DNA of 63,718 nucleotides, filler included, from Cercozoa sp. M6MM (GCA_040357565.1; 15 parts of 15 records of this genome joined end to end with filler, not necessarily neighbours in it), one strand, 5' to 3'. Counted from the whole stretch's first letter, positions 28,301-44,477 are shown. Notes: generated from the sequence alone by a model not told the origin. Translations and numbers: made by a program.

Positions 28301-29864
28301 TTCTAAAGCATCCTTTTTTCGCAGGGAAGCGATGTGTCCGTGCAACGTCCAGTTTACTTCACGCGTGACTCCTTTCCGGGTAAGTTATAGCTTTCAACTG
28401 AGTCTGTGGGTTGCTATCAAATGGAGACTTTTGCTTTAGATATGCAAGTGCGTCATGCCGTGCGTGCCTCGATGTCAATTCCCGTCCTGTACGAGCCTGT
28501 GCACATTGAGGTTCCGCCCGGCCTCCTCCGTACCATGCTGCTTTCATATTTTCCCACTGAATCTGTTAATTTACATGCGAACTTTTGTGTAGCTGATTTG
28601 GAACAAAACACGACCGAGAGACACATGTTTGTTGACGGTAATTTGTGCTTTCTCTGTCTTACTTCTGTCTAAATTTACAATTTTATTTTTTGTTGAAAGG
28701 TGGTGTCTACAACAACTACCCATTACGTGTGTTCGACCGACCATGTCACAGCTGGTAGATTCATACTGTCATCCAACACTCGCCCAGTTGTCAGTTGGCA
28801 CAACTTTCTTATTGGAGAGCAGAACTTTCTTCCCGTGTGGCGCCAAACTCCTTCGGTAGGCTCTGTGTTGGCTTGAGCAAGGTGTTAACACTTGCATGCA
28901 CAGGTTGAGGCTGCCGCGACACTTGGATTCAAGATGATTGACAACTCAGAGCAGTTCGACCCAGTTCGACTCGAAATCGTGTGTCTTCAACTGCTTTGTT
29001 TTGCTTGAAACATTGCAACTCTCTCATGTTGTGTTCAGTCCGAGAAGGAGCCCGACTCCCCGGACTCGTTGGGCAGCTACTTGGTGAAACTGCTCACGTC
29101 ACTGCAGAACGTGCTGGGTATATATTTATTTCCTCGATTGCACACGCTGTTTGAAAGCGTTCAACTGGTGATTTTGGGTTCCCACAGGTGACTGGCAGAG
29201 CACGCCCGATGCGCATCTATTCTGGCGTCGCACAATTCTCGTTAACTCTGGCGACTGTAATTTTTGCATTTTTGGGGTTGTGTTGTGTTGTGTGTGCTGG
29301 GATAATATATTTCTTACCGTGTGTGCCTTGCACGCAGTTGGAACCGTGAACTATGACTTCACGGTCGAGCAAAAGATCGCCCTGTTCAAACTTGGCCTTC
29401 AAGTACAATTGAGATCTCACTACTGCTTTGTTTGTGTTTATGTTTTTATATTCTGCCTAGAGCGCCTACGACGCCATGCCTCCTTCCGAGACCAAGCTCG
29501 CTCCGGAAGAAGTCGAACGCATGTTCGAACGCTTCCAAGAGGAAAATGCGGTACATTTACATTTTTGTCCATCTGTGTGTTTTTTTAATGCTGTCACATT
29601 GGAAAACATGCCACAGGCCACGATTAAAAGTGCCGAAGAGGCGGAGAAGAACGGGTGCGCCGAAGACGTCGTACGATTCGCTGTGTCGAGTGCATATTGT
29701 CAGAACCTGCGTATGTGTGGGTGTATGTATAGGACGGCGTGCGAGCTCTGTGCTCGGCCCTGGAGCACATCGGTCGCATTGTGAACCTGCCAGATGCGCC
29801 GGGACTGGCTCACTGCGGAGACATCGAAGAAGACGAGGACGCTGCCATGCACCAGGAGCTCTAA
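27373..29864 (+). CDS. Patatin-like phospholipase with signal peptide and C-terminal HQEL
   Basis: [29 protein letters not shown] (oxyanion loop), AGASAGS (catalytic Ser), [20 protein letters not shown] (catalytic Asp); ends [15 protein letters not shown]. Confidence 0.88.
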
Positions 29865-30831
29865 TCTACCGTACTCGTTCAGGTTCAATTCGAGTTCACG
29901 TCGCTTCCGTCGTCAGCTACCCACTGCGCTGGACTTAGCAGGTCTGTTTGTTTAGTTAGTTAATTGTTTTATTCTGGTATCAACTTCCGCAATCACCGGT
30001 CCAGCTTGTTTAAAACTACCATACTGTACTGTTCTGTGCTTTTGAATTCGCGTCGCGTTAGTATTGCCTGAAGGAACAGAACTGCGAAATTTCGTTTATT
30101 CGACACCGACTTGGTAGCCACATGTGTGGCAAATAGCCAGACACAGCCCCCTCTTCTCTTTTCTTTCAACTTTCAACAACACCGAGCCAACAGAAACAGT
30201 ATCTACTACTCGCAGGTGCAACACGCCGAGTCGAGCTTCTGGATCTAGTATAGTAGCGCTGCTAACTAACTGACAACTAGCACACAGCCGCACACAGCAG
30301 CAAACAAAGTTATAGCTCGTATAAGTTGTCAAAAATACTGTACCCGATCTCGCTGAGCGCAATTAGAGGTTTAGGCACATCTATTAGGCAGGAAATACTA
30401 GTGGAGTTTCAGGACTGCCCACAAAAGTGTCACTAGTCACCGGCGCTGTGTGGAGATTTTGTTTGCAAACTTGATTTTTGTTGCAGCTCGAGAGCACGTC
30501 GGGAGGTGTGCGACGGCTTTTGTGCAGTTTTGAGACCCCGCTGCACACGTCCCACATCTAATCTAAGCACGTTTTTGCTCTGGGCGCGGCTTCTGGGCGT
30601 TTCAAGTGGGTGTGTGCAGGGTGATGGCTCGAGTGTAGTGACACTCTGGCACACCTTGGAAGGCGAATGGATTCCGGTGTAGCCATGTGAGTGCTCGGCA
30701 TGCGATTTTGTACAAAAATGTTGCCCCTTCTTTCACCACGCATTGTGTGAGTTTGAGACTTGTGATACGAGAAACTACCGAACGCCAGAGTGCACTGTGT
30801 ACTATAAGAACGCTTTTTTACGCTTTGTGAA

Positions 30832-31545
30832 ATGGTGAGTTTTCTGTGTGCGCCTGCGTTTCACTGTGCAACACTGTTGTTTGGTGCGTCGATGCACTGT
30901 GTGGTTTCTGGGCTGCTCCGAGAGTCCGCTTCTCTTTTGTCGTTTTGTTTTTGTTTTTGTCGTTTTGTTTTTGGCCCGTCGTTTTCTGTCTTTTGTTTTG
31001 TCTTTATACAGTCAGTGCATTCACGAGTCTCTGTCTGTGTGTGTGTGTGTGTGTGTGCGCAGACTTTCCTGCGCAACCTCTTTGGGTGCCTGCGTGCACC
31101 CCGTGACAACGAGACGGCGCCGACGCCTGCAGGTCCTGGGCCGTCGTGCGAGCATGAGAAGCACCTGCTGCTGCTGAACAGCGACGCGGCCGCTCACGAG
31201 TGCTGGCGTCTGCAGCTGCAGCGCCAGCAGGAGCGAGGCGCGTCTTTCCGCGTCTGCTGGAAGCGCCGGCAGCAGCAGCAGCGCCTGCAACTCCGCGAAC
31301 TCGCCGTCGAAGCTGCTGCCGCCGTTCGAGAGCGGCAGGAACGACTCGAGCGCGAGCGTCTGGAAGCACTCGAGCTCGAACGTCAGGCGCGAGTGCTGCG
31401 CGTCGCCCGCCGTGCGCGCGAGCTGTTCCGCCACTTGCTGGAGCTTCGGCTGCAGCACGCCATCGCCGTGCGCTGCAGCAGTGCGCAGCCTTGCGCACTC
31501 GAAGCGCGCTGCGGCTCGCCTCCTCACTTCCACCGTCGTCGCTGA
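30832..31545 (+). CDS. Hypothetical coiled-coil protein
   Basis: ATG directly followed by GTGAGT donor and CAG acceptor at ~31062, giving M/TFLRNLFGCL...; Q/E/R-rich open frame to TGA. Confidence 0.55.
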   Translation: MVSFLCAPAFHCATLLFGASMHCVVSGLLRESASLLSFCFCFCRFVFGPSFSVFCFVFIQSVHSRVSVCVCVCVCAQTFLRNLFGCLRAPRDNETAPTPAGPGPSCEHEKHLLLLNSDAAAHECWRLQLQRQQERGASFRVCWKRRQQQQRLQLRELAVEAAAAVRERQERLERERLEALELERQARVLRVARRARELFRHLLELRLQHAIAVRCSSAQPCALEARCGSPPHFHRRR

Positions 31546-31699
31546 CTGCGACAAAAGGTGACTGCCGGCTATGACAGTAACATGTCGCACCCCTTCCCCC
31601 CGGTGTATTTTTACACCACCGTGACCTTCAGTTTGCGTTGCTTCTTCAACACGACTTTCAACTTTCAAGTTATTACAATCCGTCATAATGAATGCTAAC

Positions 31700-32760
31700 A
31701 ACTAGCACTGTACCGTCCAGCATGAGTTTAATCGTGCCACATCATGTCAGTTTTGGCGTGATGGAGGCGACCAGTACGTATTCGTTTAGTCTTTGTGGTG
31801 GATTGTTGTGCCTGGTTTCGCTTAAGCATACAATGTCCGGTCTTTCTTCGGCTTGCAGACAGTATATGCTGCTCAATATTTCCTGTTGTTTTTCCTTGTT
31901 GAACGTGTTCACGTTTTGATGTAGGATGCGTAGTTTCGTACTTCTTTCAGCGTGGTTCTGTAGGGCCCCGATCTTTGGCCGCCTGAAAACCTGCGTATCA
32001 TTGCCCCGTTGAGTGTGCGTCTTGCGGTGCACCTGTGCTTAACTCGTTTGTCTGCGCGTTCGTGCAGTTCTTTTATTCTTTTCTGTCCTGTCTCAGGTTC
32101 CAGGATTTCCTCTTGTTCTATCATGCTTCTAGGCATATTTCCCTCATGTCGGGTATAATTATTTCATCGATGTGATGATCGTTGTCATTGTTGTCATCAC
32201 TCCCATATGTTTCTATTCCAATCTCTCTCATACCTGGTATCACCATCTCCTCGTTTGGGTGGTCTCTTTCTTTTCTGTTATTATCTGCGTGCCTTGTTCT
32301 TTTATTGCGGTTGTTTACGCCCTCTGCTCCTTTGTATATCAGCCAAGGCTCTTTCGTTTTTCTCCTAAATTTTATTCTAACCATCACTTATTTTAGGTGG
32401 TGGTTTTGGAGGTTGTGCCTAGTTGGCGGGTTTAGCACAAAGGAGTCTCTTCCGGTTGGTTCGGTGACATGTCGGTTTTTAGTGGGAGCGAGCGGCGCAT
32501 GTCGCTGACGAGATATTAATTTTGTTGAATCTTGCTTATCTGTTCGCTTGTTGCGTTTTTCATGAGAATATGATTGCTTCTCGGTCTTCCAGCTTGTCTT
32601 GCTCGTAGTGGAAGAGTTTTGTCAGTGATCTATTGTTGATCAGGGTGTAAGCACCTGTTGTCAGTCCTACGTTTGTTGCTGCTTCTGTGATTGTTCCTGT
32701 TGCGAGCAGTTGTGCTTGGGTGTTATTTGGTCCGTCGGTGACTACCTCAACATGCCAGAC
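31700..32760 (-). mobile_element. Decayed non-LTR retrotransposon (LINE) fragment with N-terminal part of an APE endonuclease
   Basis: LRILHQNVNTF...RPDIVCLSET are the first two EEP/APE motifs. Intronless, A-rich on the coding strand, with in-frame stops and frameshifts; no RT present. Confidence 0.75.
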
Positions 32761-32887
32761 AAGGAAACTGACGTGACGAAAGCCCACAACGCCTAACGGT
32801 TGGATTTTGCAAAAACGCCCCGCCAAGCCGGGGCAGACCCTATCATCACGTGAAACGAGAACCAAGCAGACGAGAACGCAGGCCTAG

Positions 32888-33177
32888 TTAGCGTCGGAGC
32901 GAGTCAACGGCCTTTGCAATTGTCAAACCATACGATGCGACTGCGCTGCCTGTCGTCCACGTCAGTGCATGACGGGCGACGCTCGCGACGCTCTCCGCCT
33001 GGTTTGCACTACCGCAAAGTACGACACACTCACACATGCACACACAGTACATAGACATAGACGGGGGGGGGGGGGGGNNNNNNNNNNNNNNNNNNNNNNN
33101 NNNNNNNNNNNNNNNNNNNNNNNNNNNNNNNNNNNNNNNNNNNNNNNNNNNNNNNNNNNNNNNNNNNNNNNNNNNNN

Positions 33178-33223
<46 letters not shown>

Positions 33224-33869
33224 AGGAAGGTGAAGGGGTAGGGGTACCTGCAGCTTGGCGGCATCGGTGCGCAGCGCGACGGACCACTCGACGCCGTCGC
33301 GCAACTCGGCCACCGTGTCGAGGTACTTCTCCAGTGTCTACGGGGGGGGGGGTAAGATGGGAGGTAAACAAGGGGGTAAGATGGGAGTAAACAGGGGGAT
33401 AATATGGGGGTAAACAGGGGGGTAAACAGGGGGTAAGATGGGGGGGCAAACAGGGGTAAGATGGGGGGTAAACAGGGGGGTAAACAGGGGGGTAAAACAG
33501 CACTACAGCGCAGAACATGCGCGGCACAGCGACGTCGGCGAAGGGCGAAAAACGCACTTGGTACCACTCCTGTCCAGTCACAGTCACACAGTCACAGTCA
33601 CAGTCACACACGTGGTCACTCACACACACACGTGGTCACTCACACACGTGGTCACTCACTCACACACAACTCAGGTGGCCACCCAAGAAAGGGACAAGTG
33701 TACATGTGCGTCCTGCAGCAGACGTCGCGCGCCCTGTCGCAGTCGCTGCTGGATCGCCTGCCCAGGGGGAGGGGGGTAAACAGGGGGGTAAAGAGGGGGT
33801 AAAGAGGGGGGTAAAGAGGGGGCTAAACCTACGACATAGTTGTCGGCACTCACGGAGCGACCGAGATTG
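32888..33869 (-). CDS. Hypothetical protein, 3' part of a spliced gene
   Basis: Exons AIQQRLRQGARRLLQD / EWYQVRFSPFADVAVPRMFCA / TLEKYLDTVAELRDGVEWSVALRTDAAKLQ separated by C-run introns. Confidence 0.45.
33341..33500. repeat. Intronic G4-6TAA(ACA/GAT) minisatellite (representative copy)
   Basis: Repeated GGGGGTAAACA and GGGGTAAGAT units. Related arrays at ~5440, 15110, 16080, 26540, 33770, 34265, 37880, 45080, 47710, 60555, 60885, 61955, 62385. Confidence 0.88.
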
Positions 33870-34029
33870 NNNNNNNNNNNNNNNNNNNNNNNNNNNNNNN
33901 NNNNNNNNNNNNNTTAATTAATTAANNNNNNNNNNNNNNNNNNNNNNNNNNNNNNNNNNNNNNNNNNNNTGTTTACCCCCCATTTTACCCCCCCATTTTA
34001 CCCCCCTGTTTACCCCGCCCCCTGAAGGC

Positions 34030-34835
34030 GATAGCCGAGACGAATGCGGAGATTCTGGCAGCGCTGGGTTTGGACGATTTGGAGGTAGTGTCCGACCACA
34101 TGGACGGTCCCAATGGACAGTCCATATGAACGGTCCAAGTGTACCATGTGTACACATGTGTACAGACACTGGACAGTCGACTGGAACAGCAGCAGCAGCG
34201 ACAGACGCGTTTCGACGCCTTCGTCGCGCGCGTTCGCTCCACCGAAAAAACGGCGCTGCCGGCGGTTTTACCCCCCTCTTTACCCCCCTCCTTTACCCCC
34301 TGTCTACCCTCCTGTTTACCTCTATCTTCTGCCATCTTTTTAGCCCCTGTTTACCCCCCTGTTTACCCCCTTGTTTGCCCCCCTGTTTACCCCCAGATGC
34401 TGCGCGAGCGGAACCGCGAATTGTGGCGCTCGTTTTTCGTGGAGTTTTTGCTGCCGCTGTGGCGTCGTCACGGCGTTTCTGTCGAGGTGACACTTGCTTT
34501 TACCCCCACCCCCCTCCCTCTTTACCCCCCCCCCCCGCGCAGGAGATGAAGGCTCACAATCCGGCCTTTGTGCTACGCAACTGGATCGCTCAGGAAGCTA
34601 TCGATCACGCCGAAATGGTACAGGAGGGGGTATGATAGGGTCGGGGGTAGTGGGTATCAGAGGGGGGAGTAAAACCGTATTGCACGCGTGTACACAGGGT
34701 GACTACGGCAAGCTGCGCCAAGTTCTGCGACTGCTCGAGTCGCCGTTCGACGATCTGCCGCAGGAAGTCGCCGAACACTACGACCGACCGCCCTCGGGCG
34801 ACGCCTGCCGACTGCGCGTGTCCTGCTCGTCCTAG
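34030..34835 (+). CDS. SELENOO: Protein adenylyltransferase SelO (selenoprotein O homologue, Cys form), 3' part
   Basis: MKAHNPAFVLRNWIAQEAIDHAEM/GDYGKLRQVLRLLESPF...RVSCSS-TAG is the characteristic SelO C-terminus. Confidence 0.88.
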
Positions 34836-34928
34836 ACGCACGACACAAACGGGCGATAGCTTTTCCTTGACCTTCGGCTGAATACAACTTCTTAGAGCAG
34901 CAGGCGTGTGCAATAGCGTGTACTAGCA

Positions 34929-35735
34929 ATGTTGGAGTTTTTGCGCCTATCGAAACGTGCGCTAAGCAAGTCGCTGTCAGTGGTGTCACAAGTCTCTGAA
35001 GATGTCAAGATCAGCCGCCTGTTTTTGCTGAGTGCGTTTTCTTTTTGTGAGTGTGTTTCTGGTGCGTTTCGTGCCTAAGGTTTGGTTGTTACAGCGGAGG
35101 AGGGGGACGCCGAGATTTTGGATTTTCTGATCCAGTGCGACGAGGAGTTCTTCGTGCTTTCCACGGTAACTTTGCACGAGACGAGCGTGTTAAAAGAGTA
35201 TTGGATGCTTTGGAACAGGTATGCCTGGGCGAATCGTTTAAGATGGACTGGAAGGCGCACATCAGCATCGACACGCAATCTTCTGTACGTTTCGTGTGTG
35301 TTAGTGTCTGGAGCAGCAGTGCGGGCATGTTGGACAGAGCGAGGTGCGAGGCTTGCTGATCGAGGAGTCACCGGTTGAGGATTACGAGAACCTCTCGCTG
35401 AACGTGCAGTTTCTTTGAGTGACAAAAGCACACTGCTATGATTTGCTCTGCAGGAACGTCGCATGGTGGCGCACCTGCAGACCTTTGTGTCACCTCGACT
35501 TCGATTGTGGTGCGAGTGGGAGGCTTCAGATGTGCCCAAGGAGCGCGGCAGTTTCTCCTTGTACCGAGTGCCTGCCGAGCACACTGCTGACGTCCATGCC
35601 CTGGTACTGCCCTGTGGCTGTATCTCTATGTATTATCGTGACTGGCACCTGTGCTTAAATTTGTGCCAACAGATTGAAGAAGCTGGCCTCACTGCTCGTC
35701 CGGACTACGTTGTGCTGAATCAAGATTGCCTTTGA
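34929..35735 (+). CDS. Small hypothetical spliced protein
   Basis: MLEFLRLSKRAL...LL/TEEGDAEILDFLIQCDEEFFVLST/VCLGESFKMDW.../IEEAGLTARPDYVVLNQDCL-TGA with canonical introns. Confidence 0.55.
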
Positions 35736-35894
35736 ATAACGTAACATTCTAAAATCCTGTTTATCGCTGTCGGAAGCTGTGACATCAGGGCTTTTCCCCG
35801 CCCGGATCGTCAAAAAAATAATAACATGCTAGAAGGTACAGATAGTACTGTACTGCCTTAACATACTAGAAACCTAAGGGTTAATAACCAAAGG

Positions 35895-38775
35895 TTAAAA
35901 ATCGATCATCTCGTCATCATCGTTGTCGATCGCGCCTTGATCGTCCATCGAGGAGCGCAGGATGACATCGACAGCATCTATAGCTGCCTCAGCCTGCTGC
36001 TGCTGGGTTTTTTCAGCATCACCGGCCGAGATGTTGCTGCTGCTGTTGCTCTCGTTGTTGCTGCTGACGCTGCTGAGTGGCCCACTCACTTCAAAGTCAA
36101 CCTCTTCCTCGTCTTGGTCCGAGTCATCATCATCATCGACTTCGGTGTCAAATTCGAACTGAGTTTCGCTTGCTTTCATCGATTTGTCTTGTTTCTGCTG
36201 TACCTGTTGAGCGAGAAACTGAACACTTTAATAGAAGAATTAGCTAGAAAAGTAGTGTACCTCACTGCCGAGCAAAAGCGGCAGTTGAGTCGCAGTGATT
36301 CGCGCGCCTTGGCCCACCAGTTCGGTCAGTTGCTTCCACGTTTCGTCCTTCGAAAGGCAAGCCAGATGTCCCTGCAAATACTTTATCAATAATCAAAACA
36401 CATCGACACATAAAGCAACTGAAGAGTTCACCACAACGAAAAGGTGACTTTTTGCACGAGTCAAAGCAACGTTGACTCGCTGTGCCATCGCCAGGAAACC
36501 ACTCACGCTGCTTGAGCGTGTCGGCGACAGCACAATGATCTCCTTCTCGCCTCCTTGAAAGCTATCCACCGTGGCAACCTGCGGTTTATCCTCGCAGGTC
36601 TCCAACAACTTGCGCAAGACCTCGACCTGAGCTTCCGCGCGGAAGGGGAAAATGGACAATTTTTGACAAAATTAAACAAATAAACTGACTTGTGCGCGGT
36701 AGAAGGTTACGACACCGATTTGAGCGGCCTTAATGCCCTGAACACGATCTGTAGCAAGTAGGAAAACACGAAAAACTTGTAATACCCGCGAAAGCAGCAA
36801 CTTGACAAAATCGGCGATCACTTTGGCTTCGACAATGTTTTGGGGTGAGCCGCCAAGCTGCCCAGAAAAGTTGTTACTCGCTCAACAAACTCATCTCAAT
36901 GCACCCAACTCAACTCAGTTAAATTGACTGAACTTAAATCAAGTCAACCCAACTCAATTCAGTTACTTTCAACACAAAACAATCCAGGCAACTTAAGCCA
37001 TCTAAACTCAACCCAAGCCCAACCCAAGCCCAAGTCCAACCCAACCCAAGTCAAGTACATACAGTGTCGATACCAAGCGAGTCTCGGCACCGCGGCAGTC
37101 GACCAGCACAGTGGGCGGCACTTGCGGCAGCAACAACGGACGGCGCGACACGTGCGGGGCTGTCTGCACGCGCGCGCCGTAGAAGAGTCGCGACGCTACG
37201 TCGGCGATGCGCGCGTGGCATCGGTGCTGCACCAGCAGTTTCGTCGACTACCACACTCGGTATTCTTCGTCCACACAAATACCGAGAGACAAAATATCAA
37301 AATACAAAATACCAAAAATACAAAGATTACCAAAATAACGCAAGTGTTTTTTTCTTGTCGACGACGCGCTCGATCCAGTCGAAACGACAGCGTGCTTTTG
37401 ATCGCCAAGTGATCGCCTGTCGACGGCACTGGCGGTACTTTCTTCCTGAGTAGTGGACAACGTGCCAAGTGGCAGGGTTGACACGTGCAACACACACATA
37501 CACAGCAAAGGGTACCACCAAGGCAGTGGAGGCAAGAACAGCGACATCTCGAATCGCAGCGTTGGCGGCAGTTGCTATGCGGGTGGGGGGTAGGGGGGGG
37601 GGGGGCTACTCTGTGCGTACCTTGCGTGTTACATAGGGGGGAAGAGGGTGGTAAAAAGGGGGGGGGGGGGGGTAAAACCCGAAAGTCGCCAAAGCACACG
37701 AGTCGACGACATTTGGAACCCGCGATAGGCAGCATGGCCACCTGCACTTGTACAAACTGTACCGTCCATCTGTCCTGTCCATCTGTACCGTCCCCACAAT
37801 GAGTCCATTCATACAATGTCTTGCAGTTGTGACGCTTCGTCCAACACGAGGATTTCGCACTCTCTGTCCTGCTTCAGGGGGTCACACAGGGGAGTAAACT
37901 GGGGGGGTAAACTGGGGGAGTAAACAGAGTAAACAGGAGGTAGGTAGGGGTAGACAGGGGAGGGTTAAGAAGGGGGGTAAACCTGCATGTAGTCCACAAA
38001 GTGTTCCGACTGCGTGGCCGCACACGTGGTCGCAACCACCGGCGCCTCTTGTGCCTGTGCGAAGGTTGTTTATTTTTCGTATTTTCCAAGGTGACTACAG
38101 GGAGTGACTACAGGGAGTGGAGGTGGCTACAGGAAAATACGAGAAAGAGTGACCTGTGCGGACTCGTTGAGAATGAGCGCGTCGCGGAGGTCGCGAGCGA
38201 CGCGCGGCGCCGATCCGAAACGCGCCAACTGAGCCTGCACTTTCGTAGGTTTGTACATGGTCCATAGTACACCGGTCAATTTGTACACTAGTCCAGACAC
38301 TGGTCCATTTGAACACTGGTCCATGTGTACACTGGTCTATTTGTACACAGGTAGAGCACCATGTGCGGCGACAGCGTGCGCAGCACCGAGTCGACGGCGA
38401 CGTTGGTCACTGCCGCCAGCATCACTTGTCTCTGTGCACGTGTCGACACCCAGTCAGTCAGGTGGTCACCCCCAGTCACCCCAGTCACCCAGTCAAGTGG
38501 GACACGTGTTACACTCTGAGTTACGGTGTCGGTGGCACCGTCTTCTTCTGCGACACCTTGTAGCATGCCACAGAGCATGTGAATCAAGGCCGCCAACGTC
38601 GTCGACTTGCCCTGTTCAGTTTGTTGTTTCCAGTTTTGTTGTTTTTCTAGTATTTTCTTGTATCTTTACGACAGGGCAGAATACAGAAAAAGTACCGCGC
38701 CGAAACAACCGTCAACCAAGAGAACGCGCGCGTCGTTTTCGAAAAAGTTTCGCGCCTGTGTCAGCACTCTGTTCA
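35895..38775 (-). CDS. Upf1/DNA2/NAM7-family SF1 helicase (ZGRF1-like), 5'-truncated
   Basis: GKSTTLAALIH, MLAAVTNVAVDSVL, VTFYRAQ, VATVDSFQGGEKEIIVLS, RVNVALTRAKSHL; acidic tail ending DDDEMIDF-TAA. Confidence 0.88.
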
Positions 38776-38947
38776 GGAGGGGGTAAAGGGGTAGGGGGTA
38801 ANNNNNNNNNNNNNNNNNNNNNNNNNNNNNNNNNNNNNNNNNNNNTTAATTAATTAANNNNNNNNNNNNNNNNNNNNNNNNNNNNNNNNNNNNNNNNNNN
38901 NACACACACACACACACGCACGCACACACACATGCAAGTCTACAGTA

Positions 38948-39450
38948 CCAGAAAAATGGCGACAACGAGACAAAGGACGACGCCGAAGCCAACTGCCATC
39001 ACCTTGTACCGCAACTCTCGCTTCCGGATGCGCTGCTCAATAAAAACACAACAGTTTGCCTACACAATGCGCCTAAAAAATCAGAGCACACCTCCAAGCC
39101 GCCATCAAACGTACTTTCTTGGCTTGTCGACAGTGCGAACTAATGTAAAATAAATTGTCGGGTACCGCCCCGAAAAATTTCGAAAATAAATACAGCTTTA
39201 CGTCAGAGCTAACGCCAGGACGCTGTGTTTGAAACGCTGGGGCATCAAGGGCGGCGTTTCCTGCCATGTCAGGAGCACTGGCAGTGTCGGAGAGACTTAC
39301 CGGAGTGTTGACCAACTGCGACATAAGAGCCACTAAAACTGTATCAACGGAAGTGGAAGTGAGTAAAGTGAAAGCTGCGGAACTTCTTCGGCGACACGCC
39401 ACCATCATCGCAGGTGCATCGCAACATCGATAGTCTCCGAGTGAAACCTG
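38948..39450 (-). CDS. Hypothetical membrane protein fragment
   Basis: Exon RIRKRELRYKVMAVGFGVVLCLVVAIFL (basic stretch then TM helix) bounded by AG/GT; upstream exons plausible. Confidence 0.35.
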
Positions 39451-39883
39451 GGAGACAGGGATACTGTCGGTAAAATTAGTCTAGCTTAAATTTAGAACAA
39501 AAAATGTATCGATGAATTTCAGTATTTTGTGGCTAGAAGCGCAAAGGGTATGTTGAACAAGATAACCTTGAATGGGCTAAACTGTTGTGTTAGTAGACTT
39601 TTGAATTTTGAGGGACGGAGTGAAATGACTTCAGGTGAGCTCAGTCCGACGCGACGCATTCTGCAAATACGGCAGAAATGGCTGACAGCTTAGCTATAGA
39701 AGACTTCGGGGGAATCCTCCCATGTACGGTCATACGGTCATTAGCAGAAGTGACTCGGACAAGCCCGAAAGAGTTTTGAGGGAGCTCGTCGTCGCAGCCC
39801 GAGGGGAGGCGAGTGAAATCGTCACACACCAGTACAAAACACATACATACTAGTAACCACAGAGACGGAGTGAAAAAAGCGAG

Positions 39884-39983
39884 ATGGAAGGGTCACGCTT
39901 GGGCGGCTTTTCAGTCGTCGGCATCTCCATGGCCAACATGAGGTACTCTGTGCAGTCAAAGAATACAGTAAATATAATAGTGT

Positions 39984-40019
<36 letters not shown>

Positions 40020-40800
40020 GCCACCTGCGCGCCAATGGCACGCTGCGTACGGCTGAGCTACTGACGACGGAAGACACGCGCAGAGATGCGCTCGGCACCG
40101 CGCGTGATAAGCTTAGGGATTTTGTGGATCAGATTCTGCACGAGGCACATGTCCAACACAATATAACTATTAAATTTAAATATGAGCAATCACATCTGGT
40201 ATCTGGTCTGATCAATTAAACGGCCAAGCCAAGCACTGGGAGTGCCACAGGGTGCATGTGTATCACTGCCTACCATTTGCTTTGATCGTAAAGAATCAAA
40301 AAGTCTTTGTCAGGATTGATGATCGATGAGTGCCCAAACGATCCAACGGCAGCCCTGTGCCGTCAAGTTTGCCGAGTGTGCCACCGTTTTGGCGTTATCG
40401 TTGCATTCGTGTTGCACACCCAAAACACGCAGATTTCACTGTGCCAGCAGAATACGGCGAGTCAACAACGTCACAGAGAGCAACTAGTAAGTGCTTGATA
40501 CATCTACAACTCGTCAACCGACACCACACCTCTAATCTGCCTCGGTAGAACGTGTGTCGAGCCGCGCTGCTTGTAGCCACCGCAAGAATAGGTGAAATCT
40601 CTGCGTTTGCGCTCAGATCACATGCTCCCTGCTTGTGCTACTACTAGGTTGACGCTAGTTATCTCGAAAACTGTGATTTGGCTCAGTCGATGGAGAGAGG
40701 CGGCACTGCCACGTGCTCAGACTGTGTCTCTGGCGTGTCCTCTGGCGGCGACTGCTCCAGCAGCCGGTGGTGCCGACAGCCCAGTTTCACTCGGCACTCA
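39884..40800 (+). CDS. Hypothetical spliced protein, 5' part
   Basis: Series of short exons with GT-AG boundaries (MEGSRLGG.../CHLRANG.../LMIDECPNDPTAALC...); no family recognised. Confidence 0.3.
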
Positions 40801-40828
40801 CTGTCCATGTGCTATGGGGCTGGGGTAA

Positions 40829-40872
<44 letters not shown>

Positions 40873-40972
40873 NNNNNNNNNNNNNNNNNNNNNNNNNNNN
40901 NNNNNNNNNNNNNNNNTTAATTAATTAANNNNNNNNNNNNNNNNNNNNNNNNNNNNNNNNNNNNNNNNNNNN

Positions 40973-41017
<45 letters not shown>

Positions 41018-41043
41018 AGCCGTGCATGTGTTGCTTTGAGTAG

Positions 41044-44311
<3,268 letters not shown>

Positions 44312-44477
44312 TAGGCTTCCAGACAGATTCAGCTTGTTTGCTGTGCGCGGGGGGGGGGGGGGNNNNNNNNNNNNNNNNNNNNNNNNNNNNNNNNNNNNNN
44401 NNNNNNTTAATTAATTAANNNNNNNNNNNNNNNNNNNNNNNNNNNNNNNNNNNNNNNNNNNNGGGGGGGGTAATACC

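Noticed and set aside
33341-33500. Interstitial telomere (TTAGGG)n
   Set aside because: The unit is G4-6TAA, not TTAG3, and is variable and intronic; kept as a separate minisatellite finding.
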